Origin: Kiritimatiellia bacterium
Lineage (GTDB): Bacteria > Verrucomicrobiota > Kiritimatiellia > SLOV01
Reading direction: 5' to 3'
DNA: 51,481 bases
NCBI GenBank assembly: GCA_007132345.1
Contig: SLOV01000044.1
Location: 1 to 51,481, forward strand
The notes beneath the pieces are model-generated. The model was not told the origin of the DNA, made no database searches, and saw only the letters and a program-made list of their open reading frames with translations. Positions within the stretch are counted from its first letter, which is position 1, and each line of letters starts with the position of its first letter. Both the position numbers and the translations under genes were made by a program. Positions 34,237 through 44,464 of the stretch are shown here, in pieces.

Positions 34237-37200
34237 TCACTCACGAACCCGGAACAGAATCGCGTAGTTGAGCGGGATCACGATCATGGTCAATAGCGTG
34301 GCGAAGCTGAGGCCGACCATGATGGTGACGGCCATGGAGATATAGAAGGCGTCCATCAACAAAGGCATCATGCCGAGCACCGTGGTGAGCGCGGCAAGAA
34401 CCACCGGCCGTAACCGCGTGACGCCCGCCTGCACCACCGCGTGAAAAGGATCGACGCCCGCCACCTGCTGCGCGTCGATTTCGTCGATCAGCACAATCGC
34501 GTTCTTGATCTGCATACCGGCCAGGCTCAGGAAGCCGAGCAGGGCCATGAAGCCGAACGGTTGATTGAAGATCAATAAACCCACCGTGACACCCACCAGC
34601 GTGAGCGGCACGGTGAGGAAGATGACCAGCGGCTTGCGTACGGAATTAAAGAGGGCCACCACAATCAACACCATCGCCGCGAGAATCGGCGGAAGCTTTG
34701 CCACCAGGCCCGCCTGCGCGTCGCTGGAGCTTTCATATTCGCCGCCCCACTCCAACCGATAGCCGTCCGGCAAATCGGCCAGGGCCTCGCTGATCAGCGG
34801 ACGAATGCGCTGAAACGCCGCGGCGGCGGTTTCCCCCGTGGTGTTGCACTTGACGGTAATCGTCGGCAACCGGTTCCGGCGATGCATCTTCGCCTCCTCG
34901 GAAACGTTCTCGAATCGATCGATCACCTGCGCCAGGGGAACCGGTTGGTTCAGCAGCGTGCTCCAGAACCACGCACTGTAGAGGCTGTCCGGGTCCGACG
35001 TCTCGTCCGGTGATGCGCGCAGGATCACGGGCAAGGTGTCGTCGCCTTCCTTGTAGGCGGCGATGGGGAGGCCCGTCGTCACGGCTTTGAAGCCGGCGGC
35101 GATCTGCGTGCGGGAGACTCCGATACTTCGGGCGCGCGCCTCGGAAACCACCGGCCTGAGTACGTCGACGCGGTTCCGCCAATCGGACTGCACCTCGACG
35201 AGCCGCGGGCCGTCGCGAAGAATCGCCAGTGCCGTGTCCGCGTGACGCCGCAACACCGCCGGGTCCGGCCCGGAGATGCGCGCCTGAATCTTCTGCGGGT
35301 CGCCCGGCCCGAGCACAAAGCGATGGGCATAGACCATGGCATCGGGCGTAGCCTCGGCGGCGAAGGCCGTGATTCGTTCCGACAACTCGCCGATCAGGTC
35401 AGCGTCCTCAACATCCACCAGCAACAAACCGTAGGCGGGATCGGGCGTTTCCAGGGAGTAGGTCAGCAGAAAACGCAGGCCACTGGTGCCGACCATTTCC
35501 GTCACTGCGGTGACGCCGGGGAGATCGCGGACTTCTTCCGCCAGCAGGCGCACGCGTGCGTCCGTGGCATGGATGGAGGCGCCGGCCGGCATCCATACAT
35601 GCACCATGAACTGCGGCCGCGTGGAGTCGGGGAAGAAGCTCTGCTTCACGAAACCGAATCCGACGAGCGAGGCCATCAGCAAGACGAGCAGGACCGAGGC
35701 GGAGATCCATCGGTAACGGATGCAGCGGACCAGGAAGGCGCGATACCAGCGATAAAACGGGCCGTCGTACGGATCGCGCTCCTGTTGCGGGTCGCGTGGG
35801 CGGCTCTTGAGGAACTGCGTGGCGAGCAGGGGCGTCACCGTAATGGCCAGCAGCCAGCTCAACGACAAGGAGATCAACAAGACCAGAAAGAGCGACCGGC
35901 AATACTCGCCCGTTGCGTCCTGTGAGGCGCCGATGGGCGCGAAGGAGAGAATGGCCACGACCGTGGCGCCGAGCAGGGGCCACTGGGTCTGCTTCACTGT
36001 GGCCAAAGCCGCTTTCACGCGGTCTTCGCCTTTCTGCGCGGCAACCAGCACGCCGTCGGTAATGACAATGGCGTTATCGACCAGCATGCCGAGCGCGATG
36101 ATGAAGGCACCGAGGCTCACCCGGTCGAACATCAGGCCCAGCCCCTCCATGGCCAGTACCGTGCCCATCACGGTCACGACCAGCACCACGCCGATGAGCA
36201 AACCGCTGCGCATGCCCATGGCGACCAGGAGCACGGCAATCACGATGATGACCGCGAGGAGCAGGTTCACCACGAACCCGCGTACGGCCAGGTTGACGCT
36301 GTCGGCCTGATGCGAGATGACGCCGAACTCGATGCCGATCGGCGTTTCGGCCTTCAGCTCTTCGATGCGCCGGTCGATCGAAGCGCCCATGGTGATGACG
36401 TTGCCGCCTTTAACGGTCGAGATGCCGAGGCCAATGCAGGGATGGCCGTTATAGCGGAGCAGGGCGCGCGGTGGGTCCAGGTAGTCGCGGCGGATTTCCG
36501 CAATATCGCGCACGCGCACGGCCGGTTGCCCGCCGGGCCCGGGCTGGATCAGCAGCAACTCGCCCAGCTCCTCGACGGAGTCAATCTTCCCGGTCGGATA
36601 GATCCGCACCATCTTGTCGCCAATCTCGATGGCCCCGGCGTCGGCGACGGTGTTGCGGCCCGAGATGGCCTGGTGCAACTGCCGGATGCCGATACCCGAG
36701 TTGGCCAGGCGCGCGCGGCTGAACTCGATGTAAACGACCTCCTGCTGCTCGCCCACCAGTTCGATCTTTGCCACGTCATCGCACAACAGCAACTCGCGGC
36801 GCAGCACCTTCGCGTAGTCGCGCAAATCGGCATAGGAGTAGCCGTCGCCATAGATGGCATAGAAGACGCCGAACACATCCCCGAAATCGTCCGCGATGAT
36901 TGGCTCCGCCGCGCCCTCGGGCAGTCGCCCCTGCATGTCGCGCACTTTACGCCGCAGCTCGTCCCAGACCTGCGGCAGGTCCTTGGCGCCATACCGGTCT
37001 TGAATCTCCACCGACACCACGGAGCGACCGGGATAGGAGACGCTGGTGACCTTCTTGATCTGCCCAAGCTGTTGAACAGCGATTTCGATGGGATCGGTCA
37101 CCTCGTTCATCACGTCGAGGGCCGAGGCGCCTGGGTAGAGGGTAATGATCTGCGCGGTCTTGATGGTGAACTCAGGGTCTTCGAGCCGGCCGATTTGCCG

Positions 37201-37287
37201 ATACGCCTGAACGCCGCCAAGAAACAGCGTCAGCGTCAGCGCATAGGTCAGCACCTTGCGCTCCATGCAGAAGGCCGCCACGCTCAT
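34237..37287 (-). CDS. RND efflux transporter permease subunit (second paralogue)
   Basis: 1016 aa with AcrB-family architecture. ATGA overlaps the upstream MFP gene. Confidence 0.95.
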   Translation of the reverse strand: MSVAAFCMERKVLTYALTLTLFLGGVQAYRQIGRLEDPEFTIKTAQIITLYPGASALDVMNEVTDPIEIAVQQLGQIKKVTSVSYPGRSVVSVEIQDRYGAKDLPQVWDELRRKVRDMQGRLPEGAAEPIIADDFGDVFGVFYAIYGDGYSYADLRDYAKVLRRELLLCDDVAKIELVGEQQEVVYIEFSRARLANSGIGIRQLHQAISGRNTVADAGAIEIGDKMVRIYPTGKIDSVEELGELLLIQPGPGGQPAVRVRDIAEIRRDYLDPPRALLRYNGHPCIGLGISTVKGGNVITMGASIDRRIEELKAETPIGIEFGVISHQADSVNLAVRGFVVNLLLAVIIVIAVLLVAMGMRSGLLIGVVLVVTVMGTVLAMEGLGLMFDRVSLGAFIIALGMLVDNAIVITDGVLVAAQKGEDRVKAALATVKQTQWPLLGATVVAILSFAPIGASQDATGEYCRSLFLVLLISLSLSWLLAITVTPLLATQFLKSRPRDPQQERDPYDGPFYRWYRAFLVRCIRYRWISASVLLVLLMASLVGFGFVKQSFFPDSTRPQFMVHVWMPAGASIHATDARVRLLAEEVRDLPGVTAVTEMVGTSGLRFLLTYSLETPDPAYGLLLVDVEDADLIGELSERITAFAAEATPDAMVYAHRFVLGPGDPQKIQARISGPDPAVLRRHADTALAILRDGPRLVEVQSDWRNRVDVLRPVVSEARARSIGVSRTQIAAGFKAVTTGLPIAAYKEGDDTLPVILRASPDETSDPDSLYSAWFWSTLLNQPVPLAQVIDRFENVSEEAKMHRRNRLPTITVKCNTTGETAAAAFQRIRPLISEALADLPDGYRLEWGGEYESSSDAQAGLVAKLPPILAAMVLIVVALFNSVRKPLVIFLTVPLTLVGVTVGLLIFNQPFGFMALLGFLSLAGMQIKNAIVLIDEIDAQQVAGVDPFHAVVQAGVTRLRPVVLAALTTVLGMMPLLMDAFYISMAVTIMVGLSFATLLTMIVIPLNYAILFRVRE

Positions 37288-38402
37288 CGCGCAATATCTC
37301 CCGCCTCGCCGAGGAGGCGGACGCGACGCCCTTCCGTCAGAATCGCCACGCCCGCCGTTGCGATTCTCGTGCCCTCCTCAATGCCATCCGCCTCAATCAT
37401 CTCGCCGCTGCGCCTGCCCAACTCTACGAAGATACGGCGCGCCGCAAAGACCTCCGGCGCATCGGTTCGCTCCAGCGCCCAGACAAACGCGCGCCCGTCG
37501 GAGGCGAACCCCACCGCATCGGAGGGCACGAGCAGCGGCGCCTCCTCATAGACGTGCGTGGGGCCATCCACATGCACCGTGCCCGTCATGCCCGGCAACA
37601 AGATATAGTCTTCATCATGCTCGAACTGCACACGCACCCGAAAGGTGCGCGTCACCGGATCGGCAACCGTGGCGTACTCCTTGATCGTCGCCGGATACGT
37701 TACGCCCGGCAGGGAATCGAACGAGACGGAAAACGGTGTCCTCTCCAGAAAGTCCGGCCGCGCCCATTGCACGTAGGTTTCCGGAACGGCCACCGACAAC
37801 GCCAGGCGGCGCGTGTCCTGCAACTTCAGCACCGTTCGGCCTGGAGTGATGTTGTCGAAGGTGTTCACATAGGTCTCTGACACGCGTCCCTCGAACCGTG
37901 CCGTGAGCACCGTGTCCGAAAGCGCCTTCTCTTGAATCGCCAACTGTGCCTCGGCCTTCTGTACCGCGGCGGACGCACGCGCAAATTCCTCCTCCGAGAC
38001 CGCGCCCGCAGCCAGTGCCCGCTCGATGCGCGACAGCGTGCTTCGGGCGAGTTCCAATTCCGCCTCCACATTGCGCACCTGGTTTTCGAAGTTGGTCGGG
38101 TCGAGCCGCCCCAGCACGGTGCCTTCTTCCACCGTCATGCCGCGCCGCACGGGAAAATCGATCAATCGCCCGCCCACCTCGAACGCCAGGTCCACTTCGC
38201 GGTCCGCCTCCACGGAACCGGGGAAATGTAAAACAGGCCGATCGGTGACAGAGCCTACAACCATGGATTTAATCGGGCGCACCGTCGTATCCTCTGGCGC
38301 AGGTTTCGGCGCGACACGGTAGAGAAACACCCCAGCCACGCCGACCATGAGCAAAACACCGCCCACAATCTTTCCCATCACATTCCGGTTCTTCCAGTTC
38401 AT
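37284..38402 (-). CDS. RND efflux periplasmic adaptor (MFP), second paralogue
   Basis: ATG 38400-38402 gives MNWKNRNVMGKIVGGVLLMVGVAGVFLY (TM anchor), followed by coiled-coil and barrel domains. The track ORF starts at GTG 38423. Confidence 0.85.
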   Translation of the reverse strand: MNWKNRNVMGKIVGGVLLMVGVAGVFLYRVAPKPAPEDTTVRPIKSMVVGSVTDRPVLHFPGSVEADREVDLAFEVGGRLIDFPVRRGMTVEEGTVLGRLDPTNFENQVRNVEAELELARSTLSRIERALAAGAVSEEEFARASAAVQKAEAQLAIQEKALSDTVLTARFEGRVSETYVNTFDNITPGRTVLKLQDTRRLALSVAVPETYVQWARPDFLERTPFSVSFDSLPGVTYPATIKEYATVADPVTRTFRVRVQFEHDEDYILLPGMTGTVHVDGPTHVYEEAPLLVPSDAVGFASDGRAFVWALERTDAPEVFAARRIFVELGRRSGEMIEADGIEEGTRIATAGVAILTEGRRVRLLGEAGDIAR

Positions 38403-38416
38403 CGCATCAATTCCTC

Positions 38417-39820
38417 TTACCACCCGCCACCGAACGCCTTGTAGACCGCCACGAGGCTCGCGGCGCGCGCGCCTTCGGCCTGCGCCAGCGAATCTTCGTA
38501 TTGCGCCAACTGCCGCTGCGCATCCAGGACACGCTGAAAATCCGTCAGGCCAGTGCCGTACAACTCGGTGACCAGATCCACCGCGCGCACCGCCGCGGCC
38601 ACGGCGCTGCGCAACGCGGCCACTTGTTCACCGGTACGCGCAAATCGCGACAACGCATCCTCGCACTCGCCAAACGCCGTCAAAACCGTCTTTTCATATC
38701 GAGCCAGCGCGGCCCGTGCCGCGGCTTCCTCCGCACGAACCGTGCTGCGCACCTTGCCGCCCGTAAAGACCGGCATGGAGAGCACCGGCCCGATGCTGAA
38801 CACCCGCGCGGCCGAAGAGACCAGGTCGTCGGGGTCCGTTGCCGCGAAGGCGAACATGCCGTCCAGCGCCAGCTTCGGAAACAGTTCTCCCTGCGCCACG
38901 CCAATACGCGCCGTCTGCGCGGCAAGGTCGCGCTCGGCGGAACGGATATCGGGCCGACGCCGGACCAGTTCGGCGGGCAACAAATGCGGCAACGTGTCAG
39001 CGGCGGGAATAGGGCCTGCCTCGCGTAAGTCGTCGAATGCGCCCGGCCAGGCGCCTGCCAGCACGCAGAGTGCGTTGAGCGTCTCGTCCAACTCCGCCTT
39101 CAACGATGGCACCAACGCCTCCGTTGCCGCCAGGTTCATTTCCGCCTGGAACACATCGATTTCACCCGTCATCCCCGCATCGAACCGGCCCCGCACCACC
39201 TCCAGCGTCTCGCGTTGCAGCTCGATGTTCCGCTCCGCCGTCGCGAGACGCGCCTGGACGGCTCGCAGCTTAATGTATTCGGCCGCCGCCTGCGCCTGCA
39301 GGAGCACCAACGTATGGCGCACGTCCTCTGCCGCCGCTTCGAACCGACCGCGGGCCGCCTCCTTGCTTCGCCGCACGCGGCCCCACAGATCCAGCTCCCA
39401 CGCCATGGAAAAGCCTGCCTGATAGAGCCAGGTCGGATTATCGGGAATCGGCATGCCCGGCGGGCGGCGCACCCGCTCGGTCTGACGATCGTACGCAGCG
39501 CTGCCTTGCGCCCCCACTTGTGGAAACGCATCCGCGCGCACCACACCGTACATTGCCGCGTATCGGTCCAAGTTCGCCACCGCCATGGCGAGCTGGCGAT
39601 TATTCGCGCGGACCTCCGCCAGGAGCGCCGTCAGGGCCGGGTCATCGAACAGCAACCACCACGCGGCGAGGGCTTCGTCGCTATCCCCCGTCTCGCCCAA
39701 CCATGCAGCGGGCGCGCCCATGTCGGGGGCTTCATACTCCGGGCCCACCGTTGCGCATCCGACGCAGAGCAAGGCGCAACACACCCATGGCCGAACCAAG
39801 AATCGTGTTTTGCGTGGCAT
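38417..39820 (-). CDS. outer membrane efflux factor, NodT-family lipoprotein (second paralogue)
   Basis: ATG 39818-39820 gives MPRKTRFLVRPWVCCALLCVGCATVGPEY with a lipobox. It has the WWLLFDDPAL and DLWGRVRR motifs and the C-terminus YKAFGGGW. Confidence 0.88.
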   Translation of the reverse strand: MPRKTRFLVRPWVCCALLCVGCATVGPEYEAPDMGAPAAWLGETGDSDEALAAWWLLFDDPALTALLAEVRANNRQLAMAVANLDRYAAMYGVVRADAFPQVGAQGSAAYDRQTERVRRPPGMPIPDNPTWLYQAGFSMAWELDLWGRVRRSKEAARGRFEAAAEDVRHTLVLLQAQAAAEYIKLRAVQARLATAERNIELQRETLEVVRGRFDAGMTGEIDVFQAEMNLAATEALVPSLKAELDETLNALCVLAGAWPGAFDDLREAGPIPAADTLPHLLPAELVRRRPDIRSAERDLAAQTARIGVAQGELFPKLALDGMFAFAATDPDDLVSSAARVFSIGPVLSMPVFTGGKVRSTVRAEEAAARAALARYEKTVLTAFGECEDALSRFARTGEQVAALRSAVAAAVRAVDLVTELYGTGLTDFQRVLDAQRQLAQYEDSLAQAEGARAASLVAVYKAFGGGW

Positions 39821-39912
39821 GTCCTTTCTTTGGTCTTTTGTTCGCATTGTCGGCCACATGCATACCCTATTGCACAGGTAGGGGAAAGCCGAAGCGGCAG
39901 ACCACTCGTTCT

Positions 39913-40896
39913 TTACCGTCGGTCTTCTTCGAAAAGCCATGTGGAGAGATAGCGCTCTCCGGTGTCGCAACCGATCGTCACGATCGTTTTGCCCCGGTTC
40001 TCGGGGCGCTTCGCCACCTCGACCGCGGCGTGGATATTTCCGCCCGCCGAGATGCCGACGAGGATACCTTCCTCCCGCGCCACGCGCCGCGCCATGGCCC
40101 CCGCATCCTCTTCCTGCAAGGGGAAGATCTCATCCACGAGCCCTTCTTGCATCACGTCGGGAACAAAGCCGGCGCCGATGCCCTGGATGCGGTGCGGCCC
40201 CGGTTTGCCGCCCGCCAGCACCGGCGATTTGGCGGGCTCCACTGCGATCGCCTGAAACGACGGCTTGCGCGGCTTGATCACTTGCGCCACGCCGGTGATC
40301 GTGCCGCCCGTGCCCACGCCCGCCACGAAGATATCGACCGTCCCGTCCGTGTCGCGCCAGATCTCTTCCGCCGTGGTTTCGCGGTGAATCGCCGGGTTCG
40401 CCGGGTTCATGAACTGCTGGGGCATAAAAGAGCCGGGGTGCGCTTCGACCAGTTCCTCTGCCTTGGCGACCGCGCCGGGCATTCCCTTTTCCGCCGGGGT
40501 CAGCACCACTTCGGCGCCAAGGATGCGCAGCAGGTGGCGCCGCTCCACGCTCATGCTTTCGGGCATGGTGAGGATCAGTTTATAGCCGCGCGCCGCGCAG
40601 ACGAAGGCGAGGGCGATGCCGGTGTTCCCGCTCGTCGGCTCGATGATGTAGCCGTCCTTCGAGAGCACGCCGTCCTTCTCCGCCTGGCGGATCATGTTGA
40701 TGCCGATGCGGTCCTTCACGCTGCCGAGCGGATTATGCGACTCCATCTTCACCAGCACGGTGGCGTCGATGCCGGCCATGACACGGTTGAGGCGGACGAG
40801 CGGCGTGTTAAAGGCGGTTTCGGTGATGTCGTTAAAGATTCTCACGGGGGTCTCCTTCGGCTTGGCTTGACGTTGCGTTACTTTAGAAATTTCCAT
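39913..40896 (-). CDS. cysK: cysteine synthase A (O-acetylserine sulfhydrylase)
   Basis: 327 aa with [11 protein letters not shown] (PLP lysine), TSGNTG and GTGGTITG motifs. The true start may be a few codons downstream of ATG 40896. Confidence 0.9.
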   Translation of the reverse strand: MEISKVTQRQAKPKETPVRIFNDITETAFNTPLVRLNRVMAGIDATVLVKMESHNPLGSVKDRIGINMIRQAEKDGVLSKDGYIIEPTSGNTGIALAFVCAARGYKLILTMPESMSVERRHLLRILGAEVVLTPAEKGMPGAVAKAEELVEAHPGSFMPQQFMNPANPAIHRETTAEEIWRDTDGTVDIFVAGVGTGGTITGVAQVIKPRKPSFQAIAVEPAKSPVLAGGKPGPHRIQGIGAGFVPDVMQEGLVDEIFPLQEEDAGAMARRVAREEGILVGISAGGNIHAAVEVAKRPENRGKTIVTIGCDTGERYLSTWLFEEDRR

Positions 40897-40961
40897 GGCT
40901 GAGGTCCACCGCGTTCGGCCAGCAATATTCTTGATACATGACTTCTTGATTTGCCTGAGTT

Positions 40962-42030
40962 GTCATTCCGAGCTTGTCGAGGAATCTCCTGCGTTCTCCA
41001 GAGTCTGGAGACAAGCTCGGGATGACGGATCGCGCAAACGAATGCCATCACAAAAAGCCCGGCGCGGCCGGTGGAACCCGGGTTCCATCGAGTGGAAGTT
41101 TTGTTCCACGGCCGTTTCACCGCCCGGCCCTTCGAGCGCGCGCTTGCGCGTCGCCTCGGGAATCAATCACCACACCCTAGCCGCCGCGGCCGCAGGTCAC
41201 GCACGAAGCCACATAACGACCAATAGCGTCGGGTGATGGGTGCTTTGCGGCCAGGGCTACGGCGGACAGGGAGTAAGGTTGTTCGAGTAAGGGTGAAAGG
41301 GCTGATGGGCTTTGGGAGACGGGATGGGATCCCGTCTTACGGGCGTGCTGCTGGCGTAGGACGGGTTTGCAACCCGTCCCCCCGGCCCGCCCGCCGTAGC
41401 CTTTGGCGAAGGTGGGAGCCCAACGGCCAGACGGGTTTTGGCTCTGACCCCAACTTCATCCCTTTGTCGCCCCTCTTTGTCCAAGCCCTTTGTCGGATAT
41501 CGGCAGCGAATCCCGACAAAGAGGGGCGACAAGGAAGGGCGACAAAGGTCGAGGTCTGCGGTGCGATGGAAGTTCTGGCAGCCCTTCAGGCTGCTTGTGG
41601 TTGGGGGTGGGCGCATGATCCCAGCGCGGCGCGGCCTGCTCCGCTTTGCTGCGCATGCCGCTTGCACTGGGCTCTGCTCTGGCAGCCCTTCAGGCTGCAC
41701 CCTTACTCGTCCCCATACCCTTACTCCTACTCTTACTACCGCTCCTACCCCCAACTCTCCCCGCCCACCACCCCTCTCCCATTCGCGTTCATTCGCGCCT
41801 GCCCCGCAGCGTGCTGCGCTCTGCTGCGGGGTCCATTCGCGGTTTCTCCTCCCCGAAGCCTAACGACTCCCTGTCGCCTGGAAGGTTTCTTCCATCGTGT
41901 GGAACCCGGGTTCCATCGAGTGGAAGCTTTGTTCCATTCGATGGAACTTTTTCTCCACTCGATGGAACTTTTCTTCCAGCCCCCGGCGGCGACAACGGCT
42001 GTGTCCGGTGTGCTCGGTCCTCGATCGGAT
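40962..42030. repeat. about 1.1-kb non-coding cluster of nested hairpins and short dispersed repeats
   Basis: The following elements occur in the cluster:
- GTCATTCCGAGCTTGTC (40962-40978) pairs with GACAAGCTCGGGATGAC (41010-41026), with an inner CTCCAGA-g-TCTGGAG.
- TGGAACCCGGGTTCCATCGAGTGGAAG occurs twice, starting near 41071 and 41898.
- Hairpins GACGGGAT-ggg-ATCCCGTC and GGACGGGTT-tgc-AACCCGTCC.
- A roughly 20-nt inverted repeat CCTTTGTCGCCCCTCTTTGTC / GACAAAGAGGGGCGACAAGG.
- Two CTGGCAGCCCTTCAGGCTGC hairpins.
- A run of TTCCAT(T)CGA(G)TGGAA units. Confidence 0.7.
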
Positions 42031-42031
42031 C

Positions 42032-42211
42032 ATGGAGTTGACAGACACGCCTGGGCTTTCCTTGCGTGCAGACACATATCCCCTCTTGAAGGGCGACTTC
42101 TCCGGGCTTCGCAAACTACGCGTTGGAGACTACCGCGTCATCTTCGCTCTTCTCGACGCTCAAGTTCTCGTTTTGCGGATTCGGCATCGAAGGGATACCT
42201 ACGAAAGATGA
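42032..42211 (+). pseudogene. N-terminally truncated RelE/ParE-family toxin fragment
   Basis: The 59-aa product MELTDTPGLSLRADTYPLLKGDFSGLRKLRVGDYRVIFALLDAQVLVLRIRHRRDTYER carries the family C-terminal signature (L.G...RKLRVGDYRVI..I.D....VL.I.HR...Y). It lacks the first 30-40 aa and any adjacent antitoxin. Confidence 0.5.
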
Positions 42212-42295
42212 TGGAACCAGAAAATACTCGGTACGCCGTTGGCGCCTGGGATGTGCGGACTCTGACCTCGCCGGACTCGGGATCGACAGCCGGGG

Positions 42296-43501
42296 TTATG
42301 CTGCGACCCACTCCTCGACGGGGCACGACAGGAATTCTTCGACGGGGATGCCGTCCGCCCCCACCAATAATGTGCGGTGCGGATGGAAGGCCTCGGAGAA
42401 GGCAGCGATGCCGGGAAGCGTGTCGCGACGGCGACCGCTTTTGACCTCAATGGCGATGAGTCTGTTGCCGGTACGAACCACAAAATCCACTTCCTGATTA
42501 CGGTCTCGCCAATAGAATACCTCGCAGACCCTTTGTTGGGCGGCATTAACGAGATGCGCACCCACCGAGGATTCTACGAGTCGACCGTAGAAATCCCGAT
42601 CGGTGCGGGCCTCATCCGGCATAAGCCCTGCCATCGCCGTCAATAGAGCCGTGTTAAATACCTGCAGTTTGGGGCTGGAGGCCCGCTGCCTCACGGACTG
42701 CCCTGCATACTTACGCAGCCCGGTCAGCATTCCAGCCGCAGCCAGCAAATCAAGGTAGTGGGCCAGCGTTGTGGTATTGCCCGCATCCTGCAACTGGCCG
42801 ATCATTTTGGTGTATGACAGGACTTGCCCCGAATAGCGGCAGCCCAGTTCAAATAATCGGCGTAATAGAGCGGGCTTATCCACCCTCGTCAGCAGAAGCA
42901 CATCACGGGCGATGCTGGTTTCCACCAATGCATCCAGTATGTAGCGTCGCCAGCGGGCAGGCTCACCCGATAGCGGCGCACCGCCTGGATAGCCGCCAAA
43001 ACAGAGGTAGTCATCGAGCGAGAAGCGGAAGGCCACGTTCATCTCGCGGAACGCCCAGTGCGGTAGCTGCAAGGTCTCAAAACGGCCGGCCAGGCTCTCG
43101 GTAAGCCCGCGTTCGATAAGCAGCGGTGCGGACCCCAGTAGCAACACCTTGAGGGGGTGACGCCTGCGGGTGTCCTCGTCCCACAGGCGCTTAACCGTTT
43201 CTGACCAATGCTCAACCTTCTGCACTTCATCGATAACCAGGATGCCCCCTCCTGAACCCGCCTCGAGCCTCGCCGCCTCCCACTGCTCAGCAAGCCACGC
43301 ACCACCTCGTAGCGTCGGCTCGTCGGCGCTCACAAAGCGCACGGGTAGACGCTGGGTTTCCATGACTTGTTGCACCAGCGTTGTCTTGCCCACTTGTCGT
43401 GCCCCGGTGATCACCTGCAAGAACCGACGGGGCTCCGCCAATCGACGAGCCAGTTCGGCTGCCTGCGGCCTCTGAAAAGGTCCCCTTTGATTACTCAGCA
43501 T
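42296..43501 (-). CDS. AAA-family ATPase with C-terminal DUF4143-like domain
   Basis: 401 aa with Walker A ITGARQVGKTTLV and Walker B ILVIDEVQ. The C-terminal EVDFVV...IAIEVKSG pattern is a restriction-endonuclease-like fold common to AAA_14/DUF4143 proteins. Confidence 0.85.
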   Translation of the reverse strand: MLSNQRGPFQRPQAAELARRLAEPRRFLQVITGARQVGKTTLVQQVMETQRLPVRFVSADEPTLRGGAWLAEQWEAARLEAGSGGGILVIDEVQKVEHWSETVKRLWDEDTRRRHPLKVLLLGSAPLLIERGLTESLAGRFETLQLPHWAFREMNVAFRFSLDDYLCFGGYPGGAPLSGEPARWRRYILDALVETSIARDVLLLTRVDKPALLRRLFELGCRYSGQVLSYTKMIGQLQDAGNTTTLAHYLDLLAAAGMLTGLRKYAGQSVRQRASSPKLQVFNTALLTAMAGLMPDEARTDRDFYGRLVESSVGAHLVNAAQQRVCEVFYWRDRNQEVDFVVRTGNRLIAIEVKSGRRRDTLPGIAAFSEAFHPHRTLLVGADGIPVEEFLSCPVEEWVAA

Positions 43502-43676
43502 ATTGAGTAAATTTACTCAATGCTTTGAGCATGTCAAGCCTGGTCCCTTTCTTGGTTTCCGGGCTGGAGCCTTGAGAGGAGGCCAGCCTAGCACGCTTTA
43601 GCAACCTGCTTATTCGATCGTGCGGAAAAGGGGTGCGTGCGTGGATGAAGCAGGTATGCTCTCTTAAATCAGGGCC

Positions 43677-44393
43677 ATGTACGAGGAGACCAACGTGAAT
43701 GCTGCATCTGCCTGGCAATATGACGAATTCCGGCAAGTGGGCAAGGATTATGACTCCGCTGCCGAGGTGGAGGTGTATGACGAAACGCACGCCGATTTCC
43801 GGGACATTGAAAGAGAGAGCGAAGAAACCCTGGACCGGCTTGGACTGGAGCCGGGGCAGGTGCTGATCGAGTTCGGCTGCGGAACCGGTACGCTCGCCAT
43901 CTGTGCGGCGAGGCGTGGGCTCCGTGTTCATGCGGTCGACGTGTCAGAGACCATGCTGGCCCGGGCGAAGGCCAAAGCAGAACGGGCCGGCGTGAGTGGC
44001 ATTGAATTTCATCATGCCGGCTTTCTCACTTATCGTCATGCCGGTCCGCCTGCGGACGGTGTCACGACGTCGCTGGCGCTGCATCATCTTCCCGATTTCT
44101 GGAAAGGCATCGCCTTGCAACGCATACATGGCCTGATGGTGCCGGGCGCGCGTCTGTCGTTATACGACGTGATTATTGAAGACAAGGATCCGGTGGCGAC
44201 AATCCAGGCATTCATCGACCAGCAGGAAGTCGCGGGCGGCGACTTTCTGCGGGAGGATGCTGAAATCCATTTCCGCGACGAGTTCTCAACCTACGATTGG
44301 GTCATGGAAGGGTTGCTGGAGCGGGCCGGATTTGTGATGGAGGAGAAGAGTGCAACAGACGGGGTGCTGGTGCAGTACTGCTGCCGAAAGTAG
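43677..44393 (+). CDS. class I SAM-dependent methyltransferase
   Basis: 238 aa with motif I VLIEFGCGTGTLA, AVDVSETML and LALHHL. Confidence 0.85.
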   Translation: MYEETNVNAASAWQYDEFRQVGKDYDSAAEVEVYDETHADFRDIERESEETLDRLGLEPGQVLIEFGCGTGTLAICAARRGLRVHAVDVSETMLARAKAKAERAGVSGIEFHHAGFLTYRHAGPPADGVTTSLALHHLPDFWKGIALQRIHGLMVPGARLSLYDVIIEDKDPVATIQAFIDQQEVAGGDFLREDAEIHFRDEFSTYDWVMEGLLERAGFVMEEKSATDGVLVQYCCRK

Positions 44394-44464
44394 ACAGAAT
44401 GTAGAGGCTCTCCATTACCTCCAATGTCTTGTCAGTCGGCTCCGGCACAATAGGATCCCTGTCC

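Noticed and set aside
41233-42444. The 403-aa plus-strand ORF spanning the repeat cluster.
   Set aside because: Its translation is low-complexity (PYSYSYY, FHSMELFLHSMELFF) and simply reads through hairpin repeats. It also overlaps the AAA ATPase gene on the opposite strand.
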